Below are positions 29,637 through 41,452 of a stretch of 51,629 bases of DNA, piece by piece. Origin of the DNA: an uncultured Atopobium sp. (GTDB lineage: Bacteria > Actinomycetota > Coriobacteriia > Coriobacteriales > Atopobiaceae); NCBI GenBank assembly GCA_946999785.1, contig CAMQEO010000001.1, positions 1-51,629 on the forward strand. Reading direction: 5' to 3'. The number at the start of each line of letters is the position of its first letter. Position 1 is the stretch's first letter. A program made the position numbers and the translations under genes. The notes under the pieces are model-generated. The model was not told the origin of the DNA. It did not search any database and saw only the letters and a program-made list of their open reading frames with translations.

Positions 29637-32477
29637 ATGCCATCGTCTGCGCGTATGCGTTCATATGCATTTAATGTAGAAGGTATGACCTGTTCGGCAT
29701 GTGTTAAACATGTGCAACAGGCAGCCGAAGGCATTACGGGCGTGCAGTCAGCAGACGTTAATTTATTAACGCATACATTGCGTATACAAGCTTATCCACA
29801 TGAAATTGGATCGTCTTTCTGCACAACGGTTGTGGATACCCTTAAACGCGCAGGTTACGATGCCCAAATTAGTGATGATGCCGGTGCTACTCCTGATACC
29901 ACTGACGATACCGCGGTTAACAATGTTGCTGATGATGCTGCATATGGAAAGCCTTCTCACTCAACGTCTGCAGGCTCTGCACCGCGCGAGCTTTCCCTTC
30001 TTGCACATCGCCTTAAACTTTCGGTTATCTGTGCTGTGCCGCTTATGTATCTTGCTATGGCTCCTATGTTTGGATTGCCTTGTCCATTTTCAAGTACTTC
30101 GCGCGCCGATTATGCGCTTGGTGGCATGATTCAATTCTTTTTGGCGCTGTGCATTCTCCTTATCAACCGTGTGTACTTCATACGTGGCTTTAAGGCAGCT
30201 CGTTCAGGTTACGCCACCATGGATACTCTTATTGCGCTTGGATCACTTGCTTCGTTTGCATATTCAACCTTTCTTGTGCTTCTTCGCTGGTTTGACGTCT
30301 TTGCGTTTCTACATTATGCCGAACATATGTTATCTGTGCCGCTTGCTCAGCAAAGCCTTGCATGGATGCCTTCTGCCTATGTGAGCGTATCTACAGTTTT
30401 TCCCCTCGATCATCTTTATTTTGATTCGTGCGGTATGATTTTAGTATTTGTGAGTATTGGAACCTATTTTGAAACAAAAACCAAACAACAAGCAACAACA
30501 GCATTAACCGAGCTTATCAATTTGGCACCACCTTTGGTAACGGTGGTTACTCCTTCGGGCGAAAAACTTTATTCGCGTGATCTCGTGCAGGTAGGACAAA
30601 CAATAATCGTTAAAGCAGGAGAGCGCATTGCTCTAGACGCTACCGTGGTTGCAGGTTCGCTTGCAGTTGATGAGTCTGCACTTTCGGGCGAAGCGTTTCC
30701 TCAAGATAAAACGCTTCATTCTAAGGTTTATGCAGGCACTTACGTTCTGCAGGGTTGGGCGCGTTTACGTGTAGACGCTGTGGCGTCTAAGAGCGTACTT
30801 TCTCATATTATTACGCTTGTTGAACAAGCTGCTTCAACTAAAGCTCCTATTGAGCGCATTGCCGATACGCTTGCCTCTTTGTTTGTACCTGTGGTTATCC
30901 TGATTTCTTTGGTTACGTTTGTCACATGGTTGTGCCTGGGAGAAGGTACTGCTGCACTTGGCTGGGCAATTAATTGTGCTGTAAGCGTGTTAGTTGTTAG
31001 TTGCCCTTGCGCTTTAGGTTTAGCGGTGCCAGTTGCTCTTATGGTTGCGTGCGCGCGTGGAGCGCGTTTTGGTATTTTATTCAAATGCGCTTCTGCGCTT
31101 GAAAACTTGCGCCGTGTGCGTGTGGTTGCTTTTGATAAAACAGGCACACTTACCCGTGGTAAGCCTTGTGTTACGGCGCATGTGATACTTGACGAATTAT
31201 CAAATGATCCGCAGGTATACGCATCGTTTTTGCGCGATGTATGGACGCTTGAGCATAAAAGCGAACACGTTGTTGCGCGCGCTTTGTGCGTATATATTAA
31301 AGCATTGGCAGATAAGCACAACATAGAGCTTAGCAACAAAACGCGTACATCTGTTGTTGATTCCTGTGATTTTGCCCAAAAACCCGGTCTGGGTGTCACG
31401 GGTTACGTACAGGGCAGACGCCTTGTAATAGGTAATGAGCGACTTATGCATTCATTACATATTGATATAGCTCGTGTTTGTGCTTTATTGCCTAAATCTA
31501 CGTTACAAACCAGTGTCATATACATTGCCTATGATACCTATGCTTGTGCATGTTTTGAGTTTGAAGATCTTTGCAAGACCTCAAGCATTAAAGCACTTGC
31601 CGCTTTGCGCGCACGCTCCCTTGAGCCAATTTTGCTTTCTGGAGACACGCAACTCTCGTGTGAGCTGCTTGCACGCCAGCTCAACATAAACGAAGTACAT
31701 GCAGGTTTGTTGCCAAATGAGAAATATGCATGTATTAAGAAGCTTCAAAATGCTGTGCATGCTCGCACATCTAAACTTTTGAGGCTTGTGGGTTTGCGCA
31801 CCTATCCTTTAGTTGCAATGGTAGGTGACGGTATTAATGACGCGCCATCTTTAGCACAAGCAGATATTGGTATTGCTGTGGGTGCTGGAACCGATATTGC
31901 AATTGATTCTGCCGACATCGTTTTAATGAATTCCAATGTATGTGATCTTGTGCATGCATACGATTTAAGCCAAAAAACATCACGTATTATCAAGCAAAAT
32001 CTTTTTTGGGCGCTGATCTATAACGTCATTTGTATACCACTTGCAGCAGGCGTACTCCAACCGTTTTCTATAACGCTTAATCCTATGATGGCTTCGGCGT
32101 CTATGAGCATTTCTTCGCTTATCGTAGTGGGAAACGCGCTTCGTTTGCTAAGATGGAAACCGCTTACGCTTTCAAAAATTGCTCCTACCTCGTGCGAACA
32201 TTCATCTACAATAAAAGAAAAAGCTCGTGTAACACATAAGGAAATATGTGTAACGCATAAGGAGAAAACTGTGATTATTAAGCTGAAAATTGAGGGTATG
32301 ACCTGCGAACATTGTGTAAGTCACGTAACGCAAGCACTGTCAGAGGTTGCAGGTGTTAGTAAGGTGGACGTAAGCCTTGCCTGTAAATCAGCAGAAGTAG
32401 TATGTAGCGATGCACAAATGTCCCACCAACTTATTACTGCCGTGGAAAAAGCGGGATATAGCGCGCACTTGATGTAG
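29637..32477 (+). CDS. copA: Cu(I)-type P1B ATPase with N- and C-terminal HMA domains
   Basis: GMTCSAC, CPCALG, DKTGT, GDGINDAP, YN and MxxSS Cu(I) signatures, C-terminal GMTCEHC. Confidence 0.92.
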   Translation: MPSSARMRSYAFNVEGMTCSACVKHVQQAAEGITGVQSADVNLLTHTLRIQAYPHEIGSSFCTTVVDTLKRAGYDAQISDDAGATPDTTDDTAVNNVADDAAYGKPSHSTSAGSAPRELSLLAHRLKLSVICAVPLMYLAMAPMFGLPCPFSSTSRADYALGGMIQFFLALCILLINRVYFIRGFKAARSGYATMDTLIALGSLASFAYSTFLVLLRWFDVFAFLHYAEHMLSVPLAQQSLAWMPSAYVSVSTVFPLDHLYFDSCGMILVFVSIGTYFETKTKQQATTALTELINLAPPLVTVVTPSGEKLYSRDLVQVGQTIIVKAGERIALDATVVAGSLAVDESALSGEAFPQDKTLHSKVYAGTYVLQGWARLRVDAVASKSVLSHIITLVEQAASTKAPIERIADTLASLFVPVVILISLVTFVTWLCLGEGTAALGWAINCAVSVLVVSCPCALGLAVPVALMVACARGARFGILFKCASALENLRRVRVVAFDKTGTLTRGKPCVTAHVILDELSNDPQVYASFLRDVWTLEHKSEHVVARALCVYIKALADKHNIELSNKTRTSVVDSCDFAQKPGLGVTGYVQGRRLVIGNERLMHSLHIDIARVCALLPKSTLQTSVIYIAYDTYACACFEFEDLCKTSSIKALAALRARSLEPILLSGDTQLSCELLARQLNINEVHAGLLPNEKYACIKKLQNAVHARTSKLLRLVGLRTYPLVAMVGDGINDAPSLAQADIGIAVGAGTDIAIDSADIVLMNSNVCDLVHAYDLSQKTSRIIKQNLFWALIYNVICIPLAAGVLQPFSITLNPMMASASMSISSLIVVGNALRLLRWKPLTLSKIAPTSCEHSSTIKEKARVTHKEICVTHKEKTVIIKLKIEGMTCEHCVSHVTQALSEVAGVSKVDVSLACKSAEVVCSDAQMSHQLITAVEKAGYSAHLM
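32271..32477 (+). CDS. Putative internally initiated CopZ-like chaperone (68 aa), in frame within copA
   Basis: AAGGAG at 32259-32264, 6 nt before in-frame GTG 32271 that begins the C-terminal HMA domain. Confidence 0.45.
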   Translation: MIIKLKIEGMTCEHCVSHVTQALSEVAGVSKVDVSLACKSAEVVCSDAQMSHQLITAVEKAGYSAHLM

Positions 32478-32532
32478 TGGTGCGTCACAAATAGACGGCA
32501 GTATGAGAGTTTATCGTAGTTTGTGCTAATAA

Positions 32533-34977
<2,445 letters not shown>

Positions 34978-34992
34978 CTCAAAGGAGAAGAG

Positions 34993-35898
34993 ATGTCATT
35001 ATCACAGTTAAACGACCATATAGAAGTTCACGAAAACACGATGGACTTTATGGGCTATAAAACGTACTACCGCATTGCGGGCGACATAACTTCTGGTAAA
35101 GCACCGCTGATCACGCTTCACGGAGGACCTGGTTCTACCCACAATTATATGGAACTCCTTGATCCTGTGGCTTTGTGTGGCCGTGCGGTTATCAGCTATG
35201 ACCAGCTTGGTTGCGGAAAGTCGTATGTAGAAAACCGACCCGATTTGTGGAAACTTAGCACATGGGAAAACGAGCTTGAAGCCCTTATCAGCCATCTTGG
35301 TTTATCAAAATATTATCTGTTAGGTCAATCATGGGGCGGTATGCTAGCACAGAGCTTTGCGCTGGATTGCAAGGCGCAGGGTTTACAAGGACTTATTTTG
35401 TCGTCCACTTTGCCGTCTTCGCAACTTTGGGCACGCGAGCAACATCGTCTTGCGCGTATGCTTCCTGCGCTTGAATGCAGTGCGCTTATGAATGCCGAAA
35501 AAACACAGGATTTTTCTGGCCGTGCATATACTCAAGCTCTAGACCATTTTATGACCATGCATTGCTGTGACTTAACATACGATGAAAGTGCGCCCGAGTG
35601 TTTGCGCCGTCCTAAGAAAAGTGGCGAAGAATCCTATGTAGTTGCGTGGGGTCCTAACGAATTAACGGCAACGGGTACGCTTGCAGATTGGAATGTGATT
35701 GACCGTTTGCACCAAATTAAGGTACCAACGCTCATTATAAGTGGCACTGATGACGAGTGCACACCGCTTATTGCTAAGACTATGTTTGATGGTATTCCAA
35801 ATGCACGCTGGGAATTATTTGAAGGTTGTAGACATATGTGTTACGCCGAAAATACCGAGCATTATCTGAGCGTTATTTGTGATTTTATGACCAACTAG
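34993..35898 (+). CDS. pip: Proline iminopeptidase (peptidase S33)
   Basis: LHGGPG, YDQLGCG, GQSWGG nucleophile elbow, DDEC, CRHM. Confidence 0.88.
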   Translation: MSLSQLNDHIEVHENTMDFMGYKTYYRIAGDITSGKAPLITLHGGPGSTHNYMELLDPVALCGRAVISYDQLGCGKSYVENRPDLWKLSTWENELEALISHLGLSKYYLLGQSWGGMLAQSFALDCKAQGLQGLILSSTLPSSQLWAREQHRLARMLPALECSALMNAEKTQDFSGRAYTQALDHFMTMHCCDLTYDESAPECLRRPKKSGEESYVVAWGPNELTATGTLADWNVIDRLHQIKVPTLIISGTDDECTPLIAKTMFDGIPNARWELFEGCRHMCYAENTEHYLSVICDFMTN

Positions 35899-35978
35899 TA
35901 TAATGTGTGCCGTGTGGGGTTGCTTATATGCTTACCAGACCTTATAGGACAAACTTGTACCATATGAAATGAGATTCT

Positions 35979-36095
35979 ATGATAGCAGTAACTAATGATA
36001 TTTTTAGCGGAACACAAGCACCTGTTATTATTGGTATTATTATCGCTGTATGTTTAATCGTAGCTGGTGTTGTAATGCGCCAACGTCATAAATAA
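35979..36095 (+). CDS. Putative 38-aa single-TM small protein
   Basis: Manual translation MIAVTNDIFSGTQAPVIIGIIIAVCLIVAGVVMRQRHK; below the ORF-track cutoff; weak RBS. Confidence 0.55.
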   Translation: MIAVTNDIFSGTQAPVIIGIIIAVCLIVAGVVMRQRHK

Positions 36096-36172
36096 TCAAC
36101 GGCTCTATAGTCTATGTACCTGCACAAATTTGTCTTATGTGCATAGGTACTCAATGAGGCAGTATAACTAGC

Positions 36173-36209
36173 AAAATCGGGTATCCGCTTATAGCAGATA
36201 CCCGATTTC
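36173..36209. terminator. Probable bidirectional intrinsic terminator
   Basis: AAATCGGGTATCCGC-ttata-GCAGATACCCGATTT between convergent units. Confidence 0.75.
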
Positions 36210-36263
36210 TTATGCAACAAACTATGAACTGTAACGTCTGATCTGGCTGTATCAACAGATGTG

Positions 36264-37184
36264 TTAGTTTACCTGTTTTACGTGTACGTTTTCTTTGAGT
36301 TCGTCCATGCGCGAAAACGTGCCTAAGCCTGCAGACATAGCAACATTTGCACCACATGCCATAGCAACGGTAAGTGCTTGTTCAACAGATGTTTTATGCA
36401 CCACATATGATGCCAAAAAACAACCAAGTGTAGCATCGCCTGCACAAACCGTAGAATAAGGCTTAATTTTTGGTGCGTTCGCATACCAAACATGTGCTCC
36501 ATTATAAAAGTATGCACCGCGCGAACCAAGCGTTAACAACACGTTTTGAAATCCTTGCGTACCCAAATCATGGAGCGCACGAACAGTATCATCTTCGCCT
36601 GAAAGCGTATAGCCAAAAATAGCATGCAATTCGTCGTCGTTAGGCTTAATGAGAAGCGGCTTCTTTGCGCCAAGCTGGCTGAGGTGAGAAGAGCTGGTAT
36701 CAAGCACAATGTCTACGTGCTTAGAAGCAAGGGTATTAAAAATCTCATCATAAAAGGTAGGTTTAACTTCGGGAGGAAGCGAGCCCGATACAACAAGACA
36801 AGTTAAATCATCAAGCGAGCTCAGTAACTGTAAAAGTTCGTGCTGTTTATCTTGTGGCACACTACAACCTGCATTAGGGAAGGTATATTCTTGCGTAGGC
36901 GTTGAAATAAAGGGGTTGATGCGTGTGATACCGTCTACCATAACGGGATAAACGTCACAGCCCTTCTTTCGTGCCTCGTCAACAATATAGGTACCGCTAA
37001 ATCCCCCAAAAAAGCCCAAAATAGGAGCGTGTACACCAAAATGTTGAAGGGTAAAGCTTACATTTAAGCCCTTGCCGTTTGGAGTATATACCGCATCTTT
37101 GGTGCGACAAACACGATTAGGTACTACAACATCTGCGCTTACATTCATGTCAACGGCAGGATTGGGAGTGAGCGTATAAATCAT
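36264..37184 (-). CDS. PfkB-family 1-phosphofructokinase / tagatose-1-phosphate kinase-like
   Basis: MIYTLTPNPAVD, GKGLNVS, SGSLP, LIKPNDDEL, STVCAGDA; ATG 37184 after AAGGA. Confidence 0.88.
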   Translation of the reverse strand: MIYTLTPNPAVDMNVSADVVVPNRVCRTKDAVYTPNGKGLNVSFTLQHFGVHAPILGFFGGFSGTYIVDEARKKGCDVYPVMVDGITRINPFISTPTQEYTFPNAGCSVPQDKQHELLQLLSSLDDLTCLVVSGSLPPEVKPTFYDEIFNTLASKHVDIVLDTSSSHLSQLGAKKPLLIKPNDDELHAIFGYTLSGEDDTVRALHDLGTQGFQNVLLTLGSRGAYFYNGAHVWYANAPKIKPYSTVCAGDATLGCFLASYVVHKTSVEQALTVAMACGANVAMSAGLGTFSRMDELKENVHVKQVN

Positions 37185-37256
37185 GGATATGTCCTTAGGT
37201 TTGTGCTTGTTCAAAACGAGCAATAACGTTTGCGCTTGTGTCTTATGAGCAGATCA

Positions 37257-38108
37257 CTATGCTTTGTTGGTTGATCCCAGATTATCCATATGCGATGCAA
37301 CAATATCAAAAATTGCCTGTTGAGCTGGGATAAACGGTTTTTTAGGATCAAAGCATGCAGGGTTTTCTCCCATATATTTCATAAAGCCAGCGGTAAAGAC
37401 TTGTCGCAACTCGGTTGCATAGTTTACTTTGCAAATACCATTTTGAATAGCTTGTGCAACTTGATCGTCGGGTACACCCGAGGTACCGTGCAATACCAAA
37501 GGTACATTTGTGTGTGCTTTAATCTCTTTAAGAACGCCCTGTTCAATATGAGGAGTACCTTTATACACGCCGTGAATGGTGCCAACGCCTACTGCTAAGG
37601 ATGTGCAATGTGTTTTTGCAATAAACTCTGCAGCTTGTTCGGGGTCGGTGTAGGGGTTTTCGTCGGCAGCAAGTGGTCCATCGTCTTCTTTTCCGCCCAC
37701 TTTACCTAACTCGGCTTCAACAGGAAGGCCAATAGGCTCAGCAACTTTGGTTACCGATGTCGTAAGAGCAAGATTGCTTTGATAATCAACATGTGATCCA
37801 TCGATCATAACCGAGGTATAGCCTGCTCGAATAGCCTGAACGCAGCGCTCAAACGTATCGCCGTGGTCAAGATGAAGTGCAACAGGAACATCTACCGACT
37901 CTGCTGCAACGCTGACCATTGCCTTAAAATAATCAACATTTGCATATTTAAGCGTTCCAGGCGTTGTCTGCAAAATAATAGGCGAGTGCTTTGCTTGTGC
38001 GGCACGCACGGCTGCCATAACAAACTCAAGGTTCTCTACATTAAATGCACCAACGGCATAATGTCCTTCGTAGGCTTTTTGCAACATTTCTTTTGTTGAA
38101 ACGAGCAT
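37257..38108 (-). CDS. Class II tagatose/fructose-1,6-bisphosphate aldolase (GatY/KbaY-like)
   Basis: VGAFNV, ALHLDHG, SVMIDGS, VEAELG, GTIHG, LVLHGTSG, KVNYATE; ATG 38108 after GGAGGT. Confidence 0.92.
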   Translation of the reverse strand: MLVSTKEMLQKAYEGHYAVGAFNVENLEFVMAAVRAAQAKHSPIILQTTPGTLKYANVDYFKAMVSVAAESVDVPVALHLDHGDTFERCVQAIRAGYTSVMIDGSHVDYQSNLALTTSVTKVAEPIGLPVEAELGKVGGKEDDGPLAADENPYTDPEQAAEFIAKTHCTSLAVGVGTIHGVYKGTPHIEQGVLKEIKAHTNVPLVLHGTSGVPDDQVAQAIQNGICKVNYATELRQVFTAGFMKYMGENPACFDPKKPFIPAQQAIFDIVASHMDNLGSTNKA

Positions 38109-38375
38109 GATGACACTACCTCCTATAAAACGTGTATGAGCTTTGCTGTCAAAAGGCATAATAACAAGGCAATCATGATTTGATACTTCATTTGACAACA
38201 AAATGTACCTTCATTGTAGAATACTTTATGAATCTCGCGTTATCTCATGTATGCTTTGTCGTGCATAATACATAATTGAAATTGTAAATTCTGTTGGCAT
38301 TAAATATAGACCCTGACCTGTGCTCCTTTGGGTTTTTATATGCATACCACTTTCTTGAGGGAAAGGCATACTTTT

Positions 38376-39314
38376 ATGATTTTAACCGTTACGCTTAATC
38401 CTTCTATCGATACAAGTTACGCGCTTGATAAGCTTTGTATAGACGATGTTAATCGTGTAGTTGCTCATAAAACAGCAGGAGGTAAAGGCCTTAATGTCAC
38501 ACGCGTTTTGCACGAGTTGGACGCGCGTGTTCTAGCAACCGGTTTTGTAGGGGGATATATGGGCTCTTATTTGCAGCAGCTCATGGATAACTCTGATTTG
38601 CCTCATGATTTTTTGCAAATAGAGGGCGAAACACGTGTGTGCATAAGCGTGCTGCACGAAGGCAAACAAACCGAGTTTTTAGAGGCGGGGCCTTGTGTGA
38701 CACCACAGGATACGCAGGCATTTAAGGAAAAATTTACACACCTTATACAAGACGCGTCGTGCGTTACGATTTCTGGATCTATGCCGCAAGGCATACCCGA
38801 TGATTTTTATGCGCATCTTATTACGAGCGCTGCCGCTGCGCGCAAACATGTGCTGTTGGATACATCGGGTGCAGCTCTTGAAGCAGCTCTTTTGTCGTCG
38901 GATAAACCAACGCTTATAAAGCCCAATCTTTCGGAACTTAATGCTATGCTGCACACAAACTTTACCAGCGAAAATCCCCAAGCGCTTGTACATGCGCTTG
39001 AGTGCGATGAACGTTTTACGGGTGTTGCATGGATTGTTATTTCTATGGGAAAAGACGGTTTGCTTGCATACCATCAAGGGAGCGTGTATCGCGTGCACGC
39101 TGCTCAGATTAGCTGCGTTAATGCAACGGGTTCGGGTGATTCTACAATTGCAGGATTTGCCTATGCGCTTTCGCAAAATATGAGCGCACCTGACGTGTTG
39201 CGCTATGGAGCCGTATGCGGTACGCTTAATGCGCTTGAAGCCCAAACTGGTCATATTGATATGAATAAATGGGACAACGTATTTAAAGATACCAAGGTAG
39301 AACATATTAAATAA
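38376..39314 (+). CDS. lacC: Tagatose-6-phosphate kinase (LacC-like PfkB)
   Basis: MILTVTLNPSID, AGGKGLNVTRVL, IKPNLSEL, NATGSGDSTIAG; context next to the aga genes. Confidence 0.82.
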   Translation: MILTVTLNPSIDTSYALDKLCIDDVNRVVAHKTAGGKGLNVTRVLHELDARVLATGFVGGYMGSYLQQLMDNSDLPHDFLQIEGETRVCISVLHEGKQTEFLEAGPCVTPQDTQAFKEKFTHLIQDASCVTISGSMPQGIPDDFYAHLITSAAAARKHVLLDTSGAALEAALLSSDKPTLIKPNLSELNAMLHTNFTSENPQALVHALECDERFTGVAWIVISMGKDGLLAYHQGSVYRVHAAQISCVNATGSGDSTIAGFAYALSQNMSAPDVLRYGAVCGTLNALEAQTGHIDMNKWDNVFKDTKVEHIK

Positions 39315-39492
39315 AAAAGTATAAAGAAGTGTTGTCATGACCATGGATTTAGATAGTGCGGCCGCTCAAATTGTCACGTACGAACACGATATTGCTGCAG
39401 GGCGTAACCTGTATTGCTTATCAGGTATTCAGAGAAACTAAAGTTTTATGGATTGACTAGAACATGAAACTCAACTGTTGTAGGATAATTTC

Positions 39493-39591
39493 ATGCTTAT
39501 GTACAGTCGCAAACTACACCTGAGGGTATGGTTGAATGCTTTAAGCGTTACGCCAACGTTAAGTAGGTAGTAGACTGTAGCTAACAAGCAT
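39493..39591. ncRNA. Candidate structured small RNA (rod-like irregular hairpin)
   Basis: Nested complementary arms ATGCTT/AAGCAT, TACAGTC/GACTGTA, ACTAC/GTAGT, GTTG/CAAC, AATGCT/AGCGTT; strong terminator follows. Confidence 0.3.
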
Positions 39592-39609
39592 TGCATATAA
39601 GATAAATGG

Positions 39610-39646
39610 AAAAGGCGACTTTTGCTTAAAGCGAAGGTCGCCTTTT
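39610..39646. terminator. Intrinsic terminator (bidirectional shape)
   Basis: AAAAGGCGACTTTTGC-ttaaa-GCGAAGGTCGCCTTTT. Confidence 0.85.
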
Positions 39647-39895
39647 ATAGATGAATTTCACCTTCCAAAAAGATTTGTTGTTATATTTCTAACCGGTATT
39701 ACTATTTAAAGACCTTTATGCATTTAACTTGTATTTTAAGGTGTTCATATTCATATACTCACTGAAAAATATAATCGCACATGAGGTGTACATAGCAATT
39801 TTATACGCACTTCTCATGAAAAATAACCCTTGTGAACTGCTGTTATCCGTTAGCCAGCGTTTTCTGTCCGTTCACCTAACACAACTTTGTATCTA

Positions 39896-39946
39896 ATGAC
39901 TTTATACACATTCTTTTATACACTATGAGTAGCTGGTTATAACCAG
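39896..39946 (+). promoter_or_regulatory. Sigma70-type promoter plus palindromic operator of the aga operon
   Basis: ATGACT-17 bp-TACACT (39896-39924); perfect palindrome CTGGTTATAACCAG at 39933-39946, of GntR/HutC type (GT-N-TA-N-AC core). Confidence 0.75.
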
Positions 39947-40009
39947 TTATACAAAATGTCTGATGTGCCGCAAAATGAACGTCCCACACGTTGAGCGATA
40001 GGAAAACAC

Positions 40010-40465
40010 ATGGTAGGTTGCATTATTACAGGACACGGTGATTTTGCACAAGGGCTTATCTCTGCACTCGAAATGATTGCAGGTCCTCAAAATGCAACTC
40101 AAGCCGTTATTTTTCACGAAGACGAAGCTGCCACATTTGGAAACAGCCTTACACACGCAATTGATGAAGCAATTGCACAGTTTGGTTCGGTTGTAGTTTG
40201 TTGCGATTTAATGGGTGGCACCCCATTTAATCAGGCATTGTTGGCTGCAGCAGATAAGCCAGTTGAAATTGTAACTGGTTGTAATTTAGGCATGTTACTC
40301 GAGCTCACCTCTTCCCAAAGCAGTGCCTCTTCAGCTCAAGAACTTGCCCAGATCGCGCAAGATGCAGGCAAGGAAAGCGTTGCACACATCAGCCCATCTC
40401 AAATCAACACCCACACAGAAAATCAAGACTCTTTAGATCTGTTTGATGAAGGAGATGGTATTTAA
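40010..40465 (+). CDS. agaF: Mannose-family PTS EIIA (GalNAc/GalN)
   Basis: ITGHGDFA (phospho-His), CDLMGGTPFN, GCNLGML. Confidence 0.88.
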   Translation: MVGCIITGHGDFAQGLISALEMIAGPQNATQAVIFHEDEAATFGNSLTHAIDEAIAQFGSVVVCCDLMGGTPFNQALLAAADKPVEIVTGCNLGMLLELTSSQSSASSAQELAQIAQDAGKESVAHISPSQINTHTENQDSLDLFDEGDGI

Positions 40466-40767
40466 TGAGTGAGATGTTTCTCAACGCTTTAGGTGCTTCT
40501 TCGTTGGTTATTGCCGTTCTTCTTACTTTAATTGCACTTGTTTTGTTTGTGTATATGACCGTTTTAAAACAACGCAAGCAGCACGAATTCAAAGAGCTTC
40601 ATAAGGAGCTTGCAGTTGGCCAAAGAGTTTCTGTTATGGGTGTTATCTTTGGCGAAATAGTTGCGCTGCGTACAGATACTTGTGATATCAGGGTAAAGTC
40701 GGGTGCTGTATTAGAAGTTTCGCGCTATGCAATTCAATATATCGATTCACAAACTTTTGACAAATAG
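40465..40767 (+). CDS. YajC-like single-TM protein
   Basis: TM helix, then LKQRKQHEFKELHKELAVGQRVSVMGVIFGEIV...VSRYAI; TAATG coupling. Confidence 0.78.
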   Translation: MSEMFLNALGASSLVIAVLLTLIALVLFVYMTVLKQRKQHEFKELHKELAVGQRVSVMGVIFGEIVALRTDTCDIRVKSGAVLEVSRYAIQYIDSQTFDK

Positions 40768-40969
40768 TCGTTCGTTTTGTAGGTAATAGGTCAAACTGTG
40801 TTGCCACGCGCATCGCTACACGCATGAATATTTACGTGTACGCCTATGAGCTTGGTAACAATGAGATTTTGTTGTGTGAGCAGTCGTAGGCGTTTGTGCA
40901 TACGGGTTGCGTTTACTGAGGAAATGATGCATAAGCATTCATAGGCATACAACCGAAAGGGTGAGCGGT

Positions 40970-41452
40970 ATGGGTGAACCAAATATTGTACTTGCACGTA
41001 TTGACAATCGTCTTATTCATGGGCAAGTGGCAACTCAATGGACAGGTAGCGTAGGAGCTAATCTTATTCTGGTTGCAAACGACGAAGTTGCAAGCAATAC
41101 CATGAGACAACATCTTATGGATATGGCTGCTCCGCAAGGTGTTGCAACGAGATATTTTTCGCTTCAAAAAACAATTGACGTTATTCACAAAGCTGCTGCT
41201 CGTCAGCATATTTTCCTCGTGCTGGAAACACCTGAAGATGCTTTAAAGCTGGTAGAAGGTGGCGTTCCCATTAAAGTTTTAAATATCGGTAATATGCATA
41301 TGTCTGAAGGCAAGCGTCAAGTTGCAACTTCGGTTGCGGTAGATGATGCCGATGTAGCAGCATTCAAAAAACTTGTTGACTTAGGCGTTAAGCTAAGCAT
41401 TCAACGCGTTCCTACCACAGCTGTTGAGGATTCATCAAAGCTGTTTAATTAA
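40970..41452 (+). CDS. agaV: Mannose-family PTS EIIB (GalNAc/GalN)
   Basis: RIDNRLIHGQVATQW, LNIGNMH. Confidence 0.9.
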   Translation: MGEPNIVLARIDNRLIHGQVATQWTGSVGANLILVANDEVASNTMRQHLMDMAAPQGVATRYFSLQKTIDVIHKAAARQHIFLVLETPEDALKLVEGGVPIKVLNIGNMHMSEGKRQVATSVAVDDADVAAFKKLVDLGVKLSIQRVPTTAVEDSSKLFN

